Positions 23,165 through 36,660 of a stretch of DNA of 46,085 nucleotides are shown here, piece after piece. Location of the stretch: the NCBI RefSeq assembly GCF_001194135.2, contig NC_068986.1, positions 35,116,594 to 35,162,678 of the forward strand, written 5' to 3'. The notes under the pieces were generated by a model that made no database searches, was not told the origin of the DNA, and saw nothing but the letters and a program-made list of their open reading frames with translations. The number at the start of each line of letters is the position of its first letter. Position 1 is the stretch's first letter. This DNA is from Octopus bimaculoides (taxonomy: Eukaryota). The translations under genes and the position numbers were made by a program.

Positions 23165-23590
23165 TGCTAATTTCTAACATTGGTACCATTTTGAGCGTGG
23201 CCGTTGCCAGTACCGCCTGACTGGCCTTCGTGCCGGTGTCACGTAAAAGCACCCACTACACTCTCGGAGTGGTTGGCGTTAGGAAGGGCATCCAGCTGTA
23301 GAAACTCTGCCAAATCAGATTGGAGCTTGGTGTAGCCATCTGGTTCACCAGTCCTCAGTCAAATCGTCCAACCCATGCTAACATGGAAAGCGGATGTTAA
23401 ATGATGATGAGGATGATGATGATGATGGTACAAAACAACAAAATTTAAGGGAGAGTACAGTCAATTAGACTGACCCTAGATCTCAGCTAGTATTATTTTA
23501 TCAACTCTAGAAGGACAAAAGGCAAAGTTGACCCCAACAGGATTTGAACTCAAAACATAAAGAGATGTAACTAAATACTGCAATATACTT
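23165..23590 (-). mobile_element. Same SINE family, split by the RTE insertion
   Basis: Rejoined flanks tttctaacattggtacaaaacaacaaaatttaaggg match 6739-6775. The head matches 6280-6322. Confidence 0.75.
23187..23425 (+). mobile_element. RTE 3' end nested in an older SINE, with 6-bp TSD TGGTAC
   Basis: TGGTAC at 23181-86 and 23426-31. Confidence 0.88.
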
Positions 23591-24546
23591 TGCTTGACAC
23601 TCTACTGATTCTATGTAACCTCTACTCTTTTGAAAGTCAATATTGATATTATTTAAATAAACTGTTTTTCTATGCTGTGCTATTATATTATGACAGGCCT
23701 TCCCAATGACCTTTCCATACATCCTTAGCATATGTTATCTCTGTAAAACCTAATTCTCTCTTATCTAATTTAACTACGACATTACCCAACTTCCAACTCA
23801 TGGAACCATCTTACAAACCTTTCTCCATTGTGTAGCATTAATTTACATTTAAGACATATCTATATAACTGAAAAGAAATGCACTGGCCAATAATGCTTTC
23901 AACTACTCTCTCTACTCAATTATATTTAGCCTTGTGTTTACATTATACATCCAGCCAATTGAGCTCAAATCTGTAGTACAATGTCAGTGCAATCTCTCAT
24001 GTACAGATGAATCTTTTTGTCAACTGAAAGCTTCAAGCTGTTAAATTATGCAAGCTTACAATACATGGGAAGCAGAAGAAATAACAAACACTCATTGCAT
24101 AAGGTCAAAAGAGTTTATCAAACTTTTGGCACACTATATAAATAATTTCATTCAACTTCATATCATCTGAAGCTTATATTAAGAAATGTTTTTTAGTAAT
24201 ATTAAACTGCCAGGATTTTTATAATATATTCATGGAAGTGCTGAACAGTCTAAGGTAAAATTATCAGGAAATGTTGCTGAATGTAAATTGCTTTGGTTTT
24301 CATTAGGCCACAGCAATTTCTGGAGACACTGCTTGCCTAACTAATTACAGAATAAAACAAAACTGACAGCTACAACTGTATCCCAAAAACTATATTTTCT
24401 TTCAGAAGCATCCATAAACCGATCTTCATATACCGGCCCATAATCATGCTACTCTTCCAAACTTACATCACACAGGAAGTAGCCATATCATCAATCTCTC
24501 TACAAATCACCAAAGACATGCTATCTCACTCTTCCCTAGCACAAAA

Positions 24547-24773
24547 TCATCATCATCATCATCATCGTCGTTTAACGTCCACTTTTCATGCTAGCATGGG
24601 TTGGACGATTTGACTGAGGACTGGTGAAACCAGATGGCTACACCAGGCTACAATCTGTCAAAGTTTCTACAGCTGGATGCCCTTCCTAACGCCAACCACT
24701 CTGAGAGTGTAGTGGGTGCTTTTACGTGCCACCGGCACGAAGGCCAGTCAGGAGGTACTGGCAACGGCCACGC
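24547..24773 (-). mobile_element. RTE 3' end
   Basis: Reverse complement of the family terminus. Confidence 0.85.
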
Positions 24774-24859
24774 AATGTAACATGTAGTTCTTTAATGAAA
24801 GAAACTCTGGACTTAGGAACTTTTCCTTGAATGTTTATTCTCTGTAAAATAGTCACTAC

Positions 24860-25265
24860 ATTTCTCCTCTTCATTATCATCGTTTTAACATACATTTTTC
24901 CACTGGGTCAGACAGGATTTGTTGATGCAGATTTTATACAGTGGGATGGTTTTCCTGTCACCAACCTTCGCCTGTTTCCAAGTAAGATAATAATATTTCC
25001 TCATGACCAGAGATTTCTTCACAGAATACAGGAAACAAAGTGCAACGCTTGCATGACAGTGACTCTTTACAATTATCAAGCAAGGGGACAGAAACACACA
25101 GACACACATATTGTGGGTACCTTTCAATCTTTTGTCTACCAAATCCACAAAACTTTGAAGGACCTTAATCTATAATAAAAGACACTTGCCCAAGGTACCA
25201 GAGAGTGGGATTGAACTCAAAACCATGTGGTTGAAAGCAAACTTCTAACCACATAGCCACACCGG
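24860..25265 (-). mobile_element. CORE-like SINE with RTE-type tail
   Basis: Same architecture as 20165-20582, reverse strand. Confidence 0.75.
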
Positions 25266-25774
25266 TGCCTGTTGGATGATAATTAAAAAAGACATTTCAT
25301 CCACAAATATAGCAAATTTGTCAATTAAGACTGAGCTAATAGTAAGTGTCCAAACTTGCTGTTGTTCATATCATCATCACATAATAAATACTGTACAAAT
25401 GACATATCTGTTTCACACACAAAACTCCATTAAAGGGGAAGCCACAAATTGAAGCATCTAAGCAAACAACAGAAGAAAGTGAACCGGTGGTGTTATCAGG
25501 GTCATTTTCCAAAATGTTTAAACTAAAGCTCATTAACCTACATTTTGCTGTTTCACAATTCTCATTTACAAATAACAAAATTACAAACTACCTAAAAACT
25601 GAGATACATACACACTCACACACAATACTTTTCCAATAAATAATTATAAGATTGGCCTACTGATAAAATTCTACCAATTACAAAAACTATTCATAATACA
25701 AAAACCTTATTCAGGTTGGGAAGTTTCACACACATGAAATTGTAAAAAAAAAGTATGTTCCATAATTCTGGGAC

Positions 25775-26200
25775 CATCATCTTTTAACATCCACTGTTCC
25801 ATGTTTGCTTGGGTCAGATGAAATCGGTTGAGGTAGATTTTCTACATTTGGATACTCTTCCTGTCACCAACCCTCACCTATTTCCAAGCAAGGTAGTATT
25901 TCCCTATGGCCAGACATGTCTTTCACGGAAGACTGTAAACAAACAACATCGCTTATATGACGGTGGTGCTCATTTACAACCATGATGTCAAGACAAAGGT
26001 ACACATACACACACATAAGTATGTGTGTGTACATATGTATACACATACACATGACAGGCTTCTTTCAGTTTCTCTCCACCAAATCCACTCACAAGATTTG
26101 GTTGACCTGGGGTTATAGTAGAAGGCACTTGCCCAAAGTGCCATGCAGTGGGAAAGACCACATAGTTGGAAGTAAGCTTCTTGACCACATGGCCACGCCA
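25775..26200 (-). mobile_element. CORE-like SINE with RTE-type tail
   Basis: Same architecture, near full length. Confidence 0.8.
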
Positions 26201-27134
26201 ATACCTACTGCCATGCTTGTTCCTATGGAATATGGATAGTAATTTTATGCTTATGGAAAATTAGGGAACTTAAAAACTTTTAAAAACTAATATCGCAATG
26301 TACATGGAATTTTTCAATTTTTAATTTTTTTTTTTTTTTATTTGTAGAAATAACGAATATTTAATGTGGATCTCTTCTCTGTTGACATTAACTTTTACAA
26401 ACCTAAATACTACAGAGCATTATCCTTATTCAAGAAGATAGGAAATAAGCCATCAAGTGACAGCAGAGTGTGAAAAGGAGTTTTGAAAGGAATTATAATG
26501 GATGTTAAGCCTGATGTTTTACAAAAAGCTCCAGAGTGCAAGGATCAATGATGCAATACGCTTATAAAGTTGACGGCCATCAAGCAAAAGATAAATGTCT
26601 ATTTTTATCTCTTCAAATGTTTGTCTGCATACTGTACTGTATGTATCTATTTAAAAATGATTATTTTCATGCATAAATGTGGCCGCACTTATTTTTTCAA
26701 GAAAATTCCATAAAAACACATATCAATTTATATAACGTGGAAGTCAGTGGGAAAATAGGTCTTGTGTTACAGAATACCAGGTTATGGCAAATCGTTCATG
26801 AATGCAAACCTTTCCATAATGAAAGGGATTGCTTGCTGTACTAATCTGTTTTAACAATGACATAGAACCACTCTTAAATTAAATTCAGTGTGCTCAAACT
26901 AATTCATGGTGATGATACGGACTAATTTGTTATGACCTAGTGGCTATAACCCAAATTTACAGAATCAACGAGGATAGGGTGAACCCGAAACAACAACACA
27001 CCATGAAAGTTTTTGTAAAATATTAACAGTCAGCATAAAAAACCAGCTTACATACAAAACAAATATATACACGAACAAAAAACAAATGTCACACCAGGCG
27101 TGCAGTCAAAATATTTACAAAGGTAACATATATA

Positions 27135-27318
27135 TCATCATCATCATCATCGTTTAACGTCCGCTTTCCATGCTAGCACGGGTTGGACGATTTGACTGAG
27201 GACTGGTGAAACCAGATGGCTACACCAGGCACCAATCTGATTTGGCAGAGTTTCTACAGCTGGATGCCCTTCCTAATGCCAACCACTCCGAGAGCGTAGT
27301 GGGTGCTTTTACGTGCCA
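27135..27318 (-). mobile_element. RTE 3' end
   Basis: Reverse complement of the family terminus. Confidence 0.85.
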
Positions 27319-30213
27319 AAAATTCGGACTCCGAATCCTGGTTTTCGATTTCAAAGTTGGCCTCACAAATTTGGTTTTTCAAAAATATGCATTCCAAAAA
27401 TTTGGATTTCATAAAATCTGGATTTCCATTTTAGAACAAATTCAGTTTTCGAACCTAGGTAACTTCACATTTTTACAATATAAACTGCTATATCCATATG
27501 AATTGCAACACAAAACCCAAATGACAAACACACAATCCATTATCTTTCTCAGTTTTACTACATATGTCGAGAGTGCAGACATCCAATTTAATAATGAACA
27601 GATTAGTAATTCATATGCTACCAACATCACTGGATGTGTCCATCACCAAAGCACTTAGCAATCAGCCAAATCTGCCTTGCAATAAACAGAAGCAGAGCTG
27701 TGAAATTATTAAGTAATTTCTTGGCTTTGGCTTACATTGCTCAGTTCATTACTTTCCACAGGAAAAAAAGTTACATGCAATAGATTAGTATCTGATCGAC
27801 AGAGACTCAATAAACTTCTGGCTTAACACCAACCCAGAGAACAATTATTGCTGCATGGATCTTTGTGGTTCAAAACAAGATTAACTTAGATATGCCGATG
27901 AATTCATATAAAATGATTAAAACAAAGGAAAGAAAAAGAAATTAAATGTGACTTCTTAAGGCTACGTGAAAATGAGATTCTTAGTTCCCAAAGTTACATA
28001 ACAATATTGCTTAATAAAGTTAGTTTCAACACACACACACACTTTCTTTATGGTGGCCAGATTTAGCTGGTTTGAGTAATGGAAAAAATAGTTATAACCT
28101 GTTTATCAGCAATTAAATATTCACTAGATACAACTGAAATGGAACAGACAAAAATTTTTTTACAAATGACATGAGAGTTATGACACAAACTAGTGATTAT
28201 GAGTAGACCATTGATAACATTAGATTAAATATTTTTTAATAAGATAAAGTTCTTGTTAAAACATATTGTTAATGAACATGCTATACTTATGCTGACCTCG
28301 ATTAAGTATTCAGCGTTAATAATTGTTTTTTTTATTTTTTTTACTATTTTATTCTATTTAAATATCATGACAAATTGAAATCAAGGTTATGGATCTTTAT
28401 CTGAATGGAATTCTAATTTTATGATAAGAATTTCTTTCAACTCAAACACAAATTTGTAGGAGTGAACCTATGATCAACTAACAATGCTCTGGCATATTAC
28501 TTATTTTATTAATTTCAACAGAATAAAAGATTAGTCAACACTAGAGAGATTTAAAGGCTACAGCCTATGACAATAACTCTATACAGTCATCTGACATTCT
28601 GTCATCTTAATGAAGTGCACGTTGGACAATGCAGTCACATATGTACAAAAAGACAAATGTTCCCTACAGGTATATCATTGAACCATGGGCCTGCTTATCC
28701 CAGGATTGCCTGGGATTAACCAATGACAACAACGATCATAGATCAGCAAGAGTGGGTCGCTACAAATCATACTACCACCTCCAATATTAAATTAAACAAG
28801 AAATGTTTTGAAAGAAACTCAACATCCTTTTTATCAACTTTCCAATGTAATAATATTGAGTTTTCGACTGACAAGGCACAAAACCACTTTCTACAGAAGT
28901 AGGTATACAGGCAATGAAGATAACCCCAGTATATTACCAGTATCATTTTAATGATTCTGAACAATTGAAAGACCAAGTAAGCTTCAGTAGGATTTCAATT
29001 AAAAAAAGAGGGACAAAATTAAATGCTAAGTAATTATCTAAATCAGGCAAATTAGATTACTGTAGTTACTATCTTTTTTTTTTGCAAAGCTCAACAGTAA
29101 AGGGCACTGTTCTGTTAATGTGAGCATGATTTATTGTTCCAGAAACTAGGTAGGTTGTTTTCAAAACAGTGACATAATTAACAGTTAAGCCAATGTCTGT
29201 GAGAGTATGTATGTGCTTTTCTCAGTTTTGCTTTATAATTAAGAAGAATGGCAAACCAGTTTACTGTAGCGAAAGTTTGATAGACTGGCAACCTGGTGAG
29301 AAAACTGACACTTATATTTAGGTGGATGTTTCCATTTATATGTATTATCCATATTACTAATGCAATAGTACAGTCCTATAAGTCTACCTTTTACGTCACA
29401 CAAAGTGGGGCTGGTAACTCAAATGAGAGCAAGAGAAAGCCAGAGTAACAAGAAAATAAGAGACGATAATGGTGGATGGTGGTGGTATTGATGTGTCACA
29501 ACTTCCTCCTCTCTCTCCCTCTCTAGCTAGCGAGCCTCTTGCCATCATCTTCACCACCACAAAAAATGATAACTGAAGTTCCGTATTCACCAGAATACAT
29601 TTTCAAAGACCCAGACTGTCAAAACACATTGCACATTTTTAAAATGGAAGAACATGTTGGATAATACAGCCTTAGATAAACCATGCCTGAAAAAAAAAAC
29701 TAAAACGGTCATGGCCGGAACATCTTTGACCATTTCTCTTTGATCAAAGCTAATCTGAACTAAACAACATGTATCACTAAAAGAAAAGCTGTGTCCTGGA
29801 TTTTTTTTTTTTTTTGGTTTGGTTGTTTGTTTGTTTCTTTTCTTTGAGGATAACCATATTTTCTTATTACTACTGTAACTCCCACAAGAACAGATAATGT
29901 TCCAGAATCCACAGTAACTTTAACATTTCTAGAACTTTCCCAGCCAGTCTTATCGTTTGGATGAAAATATTTGTACTAGCTGTTTGACATTGTTGTTATT
30001 AGTTTCAGAGGGTAACATTGCAATATTGTTTACACCTGTTTCACTAGTAACCTCTAAGCTATAAATAGTTCTCACTGTTGGCATCTGGTTTCTATTTACA
30101 ATCAGAACACGACCAGATCCTAATTATGAAGAAACCCGGCTTAATCTTTTACTTTTGTATTTATACTACACAGATGTTTTTAGATGTTGGTTGTCCAATT
30201 CACACACACACAC

Positions 30214-30355
30214 AGGTGCAGGTGTGGTTAAGGAGCTTGCTTCAACCATATGGCCATGGATTCAGTCCCATTATGAGGCACCTTGTGCAAGTATCTTCTA
30301 CTACAGCCTCAGGCCAATCAAAGTTTGTGAGTGGATTTGGTAGACAGAAACTGAA
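30214..30355 (+). mobile_element. CORE-like SINE head
   Basis: gtgtggttaaggagcttgc...ggattcagtccca...ggcaccttgtgcaag...gtggatttggtagac. Confidence 0.75.
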
Positions 30356-30864
30356 CATTTCAAGTTTAAATCTTGTCCAGGTTGTCTTTGCCGTCTAGTC
30401 ATCAGAGGTTGATTAAATAAGAACCAATCAATAAAATCAACTGCAGCTTTGAAAGCAGTGTTCCAAAATGGTCACTGTCTAACAAGGGAACCAGTAAAAG
30501 ACTACAATGCAACAACATTATATCCTAAGGGAATGATTGTCTCACATTCATGTAATACTAGAAGATCTAGAGAATAACAACCATCTTTAGTTCCCATCAC
30601 TATAAGCCATGGAATGATCAGAATTTGGATTTAGAAAAGCAATTTAATGAATTTATATATGTTATCACAGAACTGAGCAAAATTCAAATAACAATTGTAA
30701 AGGGTAAATACAGCCAGCCACCACTTGTAAGTGGGTATGACTTGGTAATATGTACCATGCTTTTGCTAATTGCTTATAGATGCCTATGTACTCATGAGTA
30801 GATAGATACCCTCTTAGACCCTCACTCTTGACCAAACAGAACATCCAAGATGTGGCTGCTGACA

Positions 30865-31005
30865 TGTATTCATTACAGATGAATGAACTGAAGCTATGTG
30901 AAACGGAGAGCCTTGCTCAAGAACACAATATACTGTCTGGTTCAAGAACTGAACCTACAACTTTATGATCATGAGCTGAAAGACCCTAACAAAAAGATCA
31001 TTTAC
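30865..31005 (-). mobile_element. Decayed tRNA/CORE SINE head of a different subfamily
   Basis: Minus strand: gtaggttcagttcttgaacc...gtgttcttgagcaaggctc...ttcagttcattcatctgtaatgaata. Confidence 0.55.
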
Positions 31006-31680
31006 CTTTGCATCAGGAAAGGATATCACCAAAGAAAATTATGATGCATTTTAATGCATCATTTGTAATTTTATATATATAATTCAATGAGACTTATAAT
31101 AATATCAATGTTAAAATTGTTTTAAAAATGCAGTCCTATTGATTTTTACACCTAAAACATGTCTACCACTTTATATTCAAGTAAAATGACATTTCCCTAT
31201 GACCATAGCTGTATATTTGACATAGTAGTTTTTGTATGACAGAGATTAATGACTATTTTATCTGTTGTGTTTTTTCAAAGTTATGCTCTCTACAAAGCTA
31301 GACAAGATTGCCAGCTAAGCAGTTTCTTGTTTACGTGGCAGAAGGAACAGATTTACAAAATACATACAAGCATTTGGAAACACTAGATTTCAAAACTAAA
31401 TCTTTTTAAAAATGGCAGCAGAACTAAGATAATTATTACTTTTCCTAAAAGAAACTGACAGAATAAGAGTGAGGTTGGAGTTTTCCCATTTTCTTTGAAA
31501 TCTGCTTTATATGAAATTTTCCAGGAATTTCTTTCCTTTATCTTGTTTAGTTTGATTTCTTTCCTATTAAAGACAACTTGACTTGCGAAAAAACTTGTAA
31601 AACCAAAAAAATGTGCTTTGCTAAGTAGTGCACAATATTGTTACAGAAAATGTTTGGTCTCATTTTTATGTCCAGTGTTT

Positions 31681-32110
31681 NNNNNNNNNNNNNNNNNNNN
31701 NNNNNNNNNNNNNNNNNNNNNNNNNNNNNNNNNNNNNNNNNNNNNNNNNNNNNNNNNNNNNNNNNNNNNNNNNNNNNNNNNNNNNNNNNNNNNNNNNNNN
31801 NNNNNNNNNNNNNNNNNNNNNNNNNNNNNNNNNNNNNNNNNNNNNNNNNNNNNNNNNNNNNNNNNNNNNNNNNNNNNNNNNNNNNNNNNNNNNNNNNNNN
31901 NNNNNNNNNNNNNNNNNNNNNNNNNNNNNNNNNNNNNNNNNNNNNNNNNNNNNNNNNNNNNNNNNNNNNNNNNNNNNNNNNNNNNNNNNNNNNNNNNNNN
32001 NNNNNNNNNNNNNNNNNNNNNNNNNNNNNNNNNNNNNNNNNNNNNNNNNNNNNNNNNNNNNNNNNNNNNNNNNNNNNNNNNNNNNNNNNNNNNNNNNNNN
32101 NNNNNNNNNN
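31681..32110. other. Assembly gap (430 N)
   Basis: N run. Confidence 1.
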
Positions 32111-32412
32111 CCGCACGAAAACGGCCACGCTCGAAATGGTGTCTTTTATGTGCCACCCGCACAAGCCAGTCTAGGGGCACTGGCAACGATCTCGCTCGAA
32201 AATCCTACAGGAGCCAGTCAGGCGGTACTGGCAACGGCCACGCTCAAAATGGTGCATCTCATGTGCCACCCGCACAAGAACCAGTCCAGGGGCACTGGCA
32301 ACGATCTTACTTGGCTTGCCGGGTCTTCTCACGCACAGCACATTTCCAAAGGTCTCGGTCAGTAGTCATCGCCTCGGTGAGGCCCAATGTACGAAGGTCT
32401 TGCCTCACACCA
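32111..32412 (-). mobile_element. RTE ORF2 end plus 3'UTR subrepeats, running into a gap
   Basis: Minus strand reads RQDLRTLGLTEAMTTDRDLWKCAVREKTRQAK* directly followed by the subrepeats. This links the ubiquitous (GAT)n repeat to RTE ORF2. Confidence 0.9.
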
Positions 32413-34546
32413 CAAAGCATATTGCCCGACCCTTCAAAAGTTCCACCAATCGACCTCAAAAGGACAAAAGACAAAGATCACTCCAGTGAGATTTGAGCTC
32501 AGAATACAGAGAAATGCAATGAATATTACACTCTATCTGTCAATATATTGTCTCACTAGAGGTGGTGAACTGACATTGTCGAAGAGATAAGAAAAACTTT
32601 GAAATTAAAACTGAACTATTAACTTGGACAAAACACTCCCTGCACTCTCTTCTAATTCTCCAGCTTCCATCGAAGAAGAGAGAGTTTCTTCTACAGTAGG
32701 GTTACAGGCACTCTAAAACTGGTGAGATCAATGGGGTTACTGTTCCTCCTGGATATTTACAAGTTGAACACTACAGGGAAAAACATGTGCAAGCAAGGAA
32801 TTCAAGAAGGTTGATGTTCTGGCAATGAAGAACTGAATGCATAGACACTCACTAAAAGTATCTATGGGGGTGAACACAATATGGGGGAGAAAAGGTGTGT
32901 GAATTGGGAGTGCTCGAGTTCCGAGAAGAGGTTACTATAGGAGGAGCAGAAAAGTCAGAGAGAGGAAAAATAATATCTGAGGACCAGAGAGTAGAGGATG
33001 TTGTTTAGTGACCTTCATGTTGGATTATTAAAACTTCATTAGTAAATCACAGATCCATTAATAGTTAAATGGTAGTACGATTATGACAATATGATATAGG
33101 AAGACAAAATAATTATCTTGGCCATTGCAAAGTAATTGGAAAATTCCTAAGTAATGAATATTTGATTGTTAACAGAAGATAAAGAAAATAATAAGAAAAT
33201 TGGACATTTTTTTTTTTTTGAAAAAAGATTAGCCATTGAGATCTGGTTAGATAATGGAAGAGAGCAGTAAATAAAAATAAGTGAATAAAATAGCAACATC
33301 AGATAATTGGAAAAGTTATAGATCTCCTGTTCTGTAAACTACAATTTTTTTCCCAATCTTGTATTGATCTATAAAGGTTCCAAGACTATACATATGTCAG
33401 AAGAGGTCTACACTGACAAAATACACATTTTACTGTCTGCAATTGAAAAAAAAATCTTACAATGAGCCAATGAGCAAGAAATAGCAGTCACCTCACCTGC
33501 AAACCAAACACTATTGTCTGACATAAAGAACACTTTAGATATAATGTAGTCTAACATAAAAGGCTGACACTACACAACTGAATAAGCTAGAATACCTGAG
33601 GTGCTATGCAAATTCTGAACAACTTGAACATAATTTCCTATGAAATCTAAATAATAAACAGAAAACAAGATGTTATTCTTGGAACAATGGGTAGAGGACA
33701 GAGTTAGGGCTGGTGGCAAGGAAGATAAGCAGATCCATTGTTATGACTTGTCACAGGATTTGGTGAGTAACATTTAAATTTTGCTAGATAACAGGTTTAC
33801 TTAGTGATATGCAGAATAATAATACTATTGATTTCCTGTACACAAGTTAATTATAATTCTTCAACTGAATTTTTCAGATGCTGTGAAGAGAGTGATAGCT
33901 GAAAGAATTCATTGTAATTTTTAAAAAATGAAAAATGTAGGGGAGAGGAAAGGAGGTGTACATTGTAGAACTGGGAAAACGCAGCGCACAACATGGACCT
34001 GAGAGGAAGAACTGCGAATTGAAGGACTGACACCAACCCACCGAACGTACTCTTAAAAGATAGGATGCTCATGGCGGGAATGTCTTCAATCATAGATCTA
34101 CTAAAGCAGGGTTAACTCAGGAAAAACACAACACTCCTACAATATTTCTTTGATGTCCGAATATTGTAGGAAATAGACTTCAATTGTTATGTTATTGTCC
34201 ACTAATTTTTATTCTAGAAAAAAATCTCTATTCTATATAAATAAAAGGACAAAGCTGGACACAGTTTTTAAGAGGAGCATACATTTAAAAACATTTCTGT
34301 GAACCTGAATTAAGCTAACTTTCAAAACTTAAGATTTGGTCTTATTAAAACTCTTTTCAGCATATCCTGCTCATTTCATTTGAAGTGCTCTTCAAACAAA
34401 ATCTCTTGCTATATTTGTTCTGCATCAAGTTGCTGGCACTTCCTTGTCAATAACTCAACACACGTACAACACATCCTACAGAATCATACATGTGAAAAGA
34501 ATTTGTAGAAAAAGATATTAGCTACTAAATTGGAAATCTTGGGCTC

Positions 34547-34700
34547 AGATGGTTGTGTAGTTAAGAAATCCTTTTCACAGCCATGTGATTCTAGGTTCTA
34601 TTCTATTGCCTGGTTCTTTGTGAAAGCATTGTCTACTATAGCCTCATGCTGAACAATGCCTTGCAAGCAGAAATTGGCAGACTGGAGTGTGTGTGTGTAT
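34547..34700 (+). mobile_element. Decayed CORE-like SINE head
   Basis: Degenerate match to 30214-30355. Confidence 0.55.
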
Positions 34701-34780
34701 TGATAGAGAGATAAATATAGAATACTTATAGATAGATAGATGGATACATATAGATAGACATAAAAAAAAAAAGATTTTCA

Positions 34781-34980
34781 TTTAAAGTCCCCTTTTCTAT
34801 GCTGGTAAAGTTGGACAGTTCAAGATGAACTAGAGAGCTGCTCAAATGTCTGCTTTGGCATGGTTTCTACAGCAGGATGCCCTTCCTAATGCTAGCTACT
34901 GCAGAAAGTGTACTGGGTGCTTTTTGCATCGTACCAGCATTGGTGAGGTCACTAAGTACCTGCAAGACAAGATCCCTCAA
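34781..34980 (-). mobile_element. Old RTE-tail-related element
   Basis: tttggcatggtttctacagcaggatgcccttcctaatgc matches the terminal module. Confidence 0.6.
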
Positions 34981-35817
34981 TTGAGTAGGGTTTAGTACTG
35001 AGGAATAGATAGATAAGAGGAAAGATACAAAGATTATGTGTATATTTTTTCATCAGTGTATATTGGCAAAGGATGTAAATATCGTTGAGAAAATTGAAAA
35101 AGCAACTAGTGCTCTTCAAATGAAATCTCTTGCAATATTTGTTCTGCACCAAGTTACAGGTGCTCTCTTGTCAATTGCACCNNNNNNNNNNCACCATTAG
35201 AAATGCAGTGAACCAGGGATTGGCCCACTGGAAACACAACCAATAAATGCTATGGTTCACAATTTGCAAAAAAAAAAAAAAAAGAGGAATTAATAATTAC
35301 AAGCCCAAAATACATTCATAAGCGCTGAATTTGTATAAATACAAACAAATGGCAATTATTATTTTTGTCTTTTTTCCCTGGTTAATGAACAATAATAAAA
35401 AAAATAAAAACAAACTAAAAAACTGACTCACATATTTATGGCCTTTTGTGCACAAACTGTAACTACTATGTTTACACAATTAAAACATCTCTCCTATGCT
35501 AGCATTACAAAACATGAGGCTGACACCAAACACAGCTAGGCACAGCCATGTAATCTATGCCTGAACATATTTTACTTTCGGTTCGTTTCCCAAACTACTA
35601 GTACTTAAAAGTCTGTTTAAAAGTCACATTTTATCATATTCATTTGTTTATTTGGCTTTTGTTTTTTTTTTATTAGCTAATTGAACAAGTTAGTCTTCAG
35701 CATTATGTGCAATATACATAATCAGCAATTTAAAAGTAGAAAATATCAGCAAGTTTTTAAAAGTTAAAAGGCTGGCTTATACAAACACTCACACATACGC
35801 AAATGCAAAAGGTCGAA

Positions 35818-35856
<39 letters not shown>

Positions 35857-36483
35857 AACTCCTTCCTTAAAAGAGCTAAGAACTCACTTGTAATACATGA
35901 TGTTTTTTTGTTTTTGTATCAAAGCTTTGACACACTTAGATCACATATCAAGCTATATACTAAAAAAAAGTTGTGATCTTGATATTAAAATGACATATAT
36001 TTGTTTTCATAGCAAGAAATATCAAGTTTTTTTCATGCTAGAATTAAAAAAAAAAAAATTAAAAAAAAACTTTTTTAAATATAGAAACCTAATATTCATT
36101 CTTTTGCAATAATGAAATCTGAGGTTCCAAGCTTTCTTCTTTTTCAAGCAGGATCAATCGAGCAGCACTTTGCAATGAAAAATCAGGGATCTTGGGTTCC
36201 CCATTAACTTTGAAAGGTTTTCAATTTTATGTTTCTCTGCCACCAATAACATCAATGTAGTTGAATGTTTTTTTAATTTTTTATTCTCTTTAAGGATGCA
36301 GAAGTTTCCAAACTACAGCATCTTATACAGCCTGGTGTTCAGTGGCCAGGAAGCCTATGCTGCATTGAGAAATAATAGTAGAGAAGATGAACTGTATTCA
36401 TAAATCTCTTGGGTCTTGTGCTCACACTATGAAATGGTCTGAGCCCTCATATGAAGCCTGATCTATGTACCATGAAGACAACC

Positions 36484-36660
36484 TTAACTCTTTTGTTACC
36501 AACCCAGCTGAAACCAGCTCTGGCTCTGTAGTACAAATGCCTTGTTTTCATAAGTTTTGAATTAAAATCTTCCACCAAACCTTAGTCACAATTTATGTTC
36601 CTAACACTAGCTTAATGGTAACTAAGTTATTTTACTAAATTCTTTGTTATAGTTAAAGGT
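36484..36660. mobile_element. Truncated MITE with a TTAACTCTTT end
   Basis: Same 10-nt terminus as 13461. The other end was not found. Confidence 0.45.

Noticed and set aside
28697-28716. 8-bp hairpin ATCCCAGG-attg-CCTGGGAT
   Set aside because: Lies in the 3' end of a family X repeat relative; short and not independently meaningful.
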